Assembly (NCBI GenBank): GCA_963682015.1
Contig: OY820932.1
Span: 3,210,386-3,274,385, forward strand
DNA from: Smithellaceae bacterium
GTDB lineage: Bacteria > Desulfobacterota > Syntrophia > Syntrophales > Smithellaceae
Reading direction: 5' to 3'
DNA length: 64,000 nt
The notes under the pieces were generated by a model. It did no database searches and was not told the origin of the DNA. It saw only the letters and a list, made by a program, of their open reading frames with translations. Of the stretch, positions 63,696 to 64,000 are shown piece by piece. Within the stretch, counting starts at the first letter, position 1, and each line of letters opens with the position of its first letter. The translations under genes were made by a program, and so were the position numbers.

Positions 63696-64000
63696 ATGAA
63701 AAGGACTTGTTCATTAACGTTAGGTGTTTTCCTGATTGTTTTTTTATTGCCTTATGCGGTACTGGGCCAGACGCAACGCACTTATAAATTCCCCGATGCC
63801 GAAGCCACCGATCCCGTGAAACTGGGCTGGATGACCGGTTTTCCGCCGCCGCCCGAAAAATGTGTGAGGATGTTCAATCTCAGTCATTACCACTTTCCCC
63901 GGACACGATGGTCGTTTTCCCACTGGCGTGAATTGCTGCCCACGAAAAATGTTTTCCGAGGAACCGGTGCCGTTTCACCTCTGAAAGCCCGGTTGAAGGA
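63696..64000 (+). CDS. Exported protein, probable beta-lactamase-fold serine hydrolase (N-terminal fragment, runs off window)
   Basis: GAGGAGG RBS and signal peptide MKRTCSLTLGVFLIVFLLPYAVLG, with no stop codon to nt 64000. FPRTRWSFSHWRELLPTKNVFRG resembles the N-terminal block of NylB/D-aminopeptidase-like serine hydrolases. Not in the ORF track because it lacks a stop. Confidence 0.45.
   Translation, partial: MKRTCSLTLGVFLIVFLLPYAVLGQTQRTYKFPDAEATDPVKLGWMTGFPPPPEKCVRMFNLSHYHFPRTRWSFSHWRELLPTKNVFRGTGAVSPLKARLK

Noticed and set aside
1-64000. Searched for tRNA/rRNA genes, CRISPR arrays, prophage or defence-system genes, toxin-antitoxin pairs, and in-frame TGA (selenocysteine) interruptions.
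   Set aside because: I found no T-loop/anticodon-arm-like structures in intergenic DNA and no short regularly spaced repeats. There are no nuclease, helicase, methylase or integrase signatures in the translations. No pair of adjacent same-frame ORFs split by a single TGA was seen. This was a visual inspection only, so small RNAs could have been missed.

Overview
This is a 64-kb chromosomal segment of a Gram-negative bacterium. Gene content suggests an anaerobe (GctAB-type CoA-transferases, DUF169, many sigma-54 elements), but taxonomy cannot be verified here. All family calls come from motifs read in the supplied translations; no database search was possible.

Layout:
- 1-9 kb: a cell-surface glycan locus (flippase, GT2) carrying a full EvaA-E-like gene set for a 3-amino-3-C-methyl-2,3,6-trideoxyhexose.
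- 9-11.6 kb: DUF169, an M23 lipoprotein and a TetR regulator.
- 11.9-23.1 kb: catabolic locus 1, with a Liv-type ABC core, GctAB-like CoA-transferase, a large binding protein, and a convergent ACAD / exported SMP-30 / 3-hydroxyacyl-CoA dehydrogenase operon.
- 23.4-38.4 kb: redoxin, small exported protein, M23 peptidase, GGDEF protein, hybrid kinase, porin, carboxylesterase, CocE/NonD hydrolase and an AcoR-type sigma-54 activator.
- 38.6-53.8 kb: catabolic locus 2, with thiolase, ACAD, two binding proteins, the same ABC core, a second CoA-transferase, three SDRs and a crotonase.
- 53.9-64 kb: a putative D-amino-acid / N-acyl-D-amino-acid module (aspartase, DmpA peptidase, NhaC transporter, Asp racemase, two Tat-exported D-aminoacylases, a Cys-Ntn hydrolase and a serine hydrolase).

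Main findings:
1. A sigma-54 regulon can be read directly from the DNA. Seven -24/-12 promoters are present, and five of them have a TGTCC-N7-GGACA dyad at helically phased distances upstream.
2. A 3,396-bp direct repeat covers exactly livHMGF. I found one synonymous difference, while the neighbouring paralogues are clearly diverged.
3. The EvaA-E-like sugar pathway sits in a surface-glycan context.
4. A coherent pathway from N-acyl-D-Asp or D-peptides to fumarate is predicted.

No tRNA, rRNA, CRISPR array, transposase or phage genes were seen.
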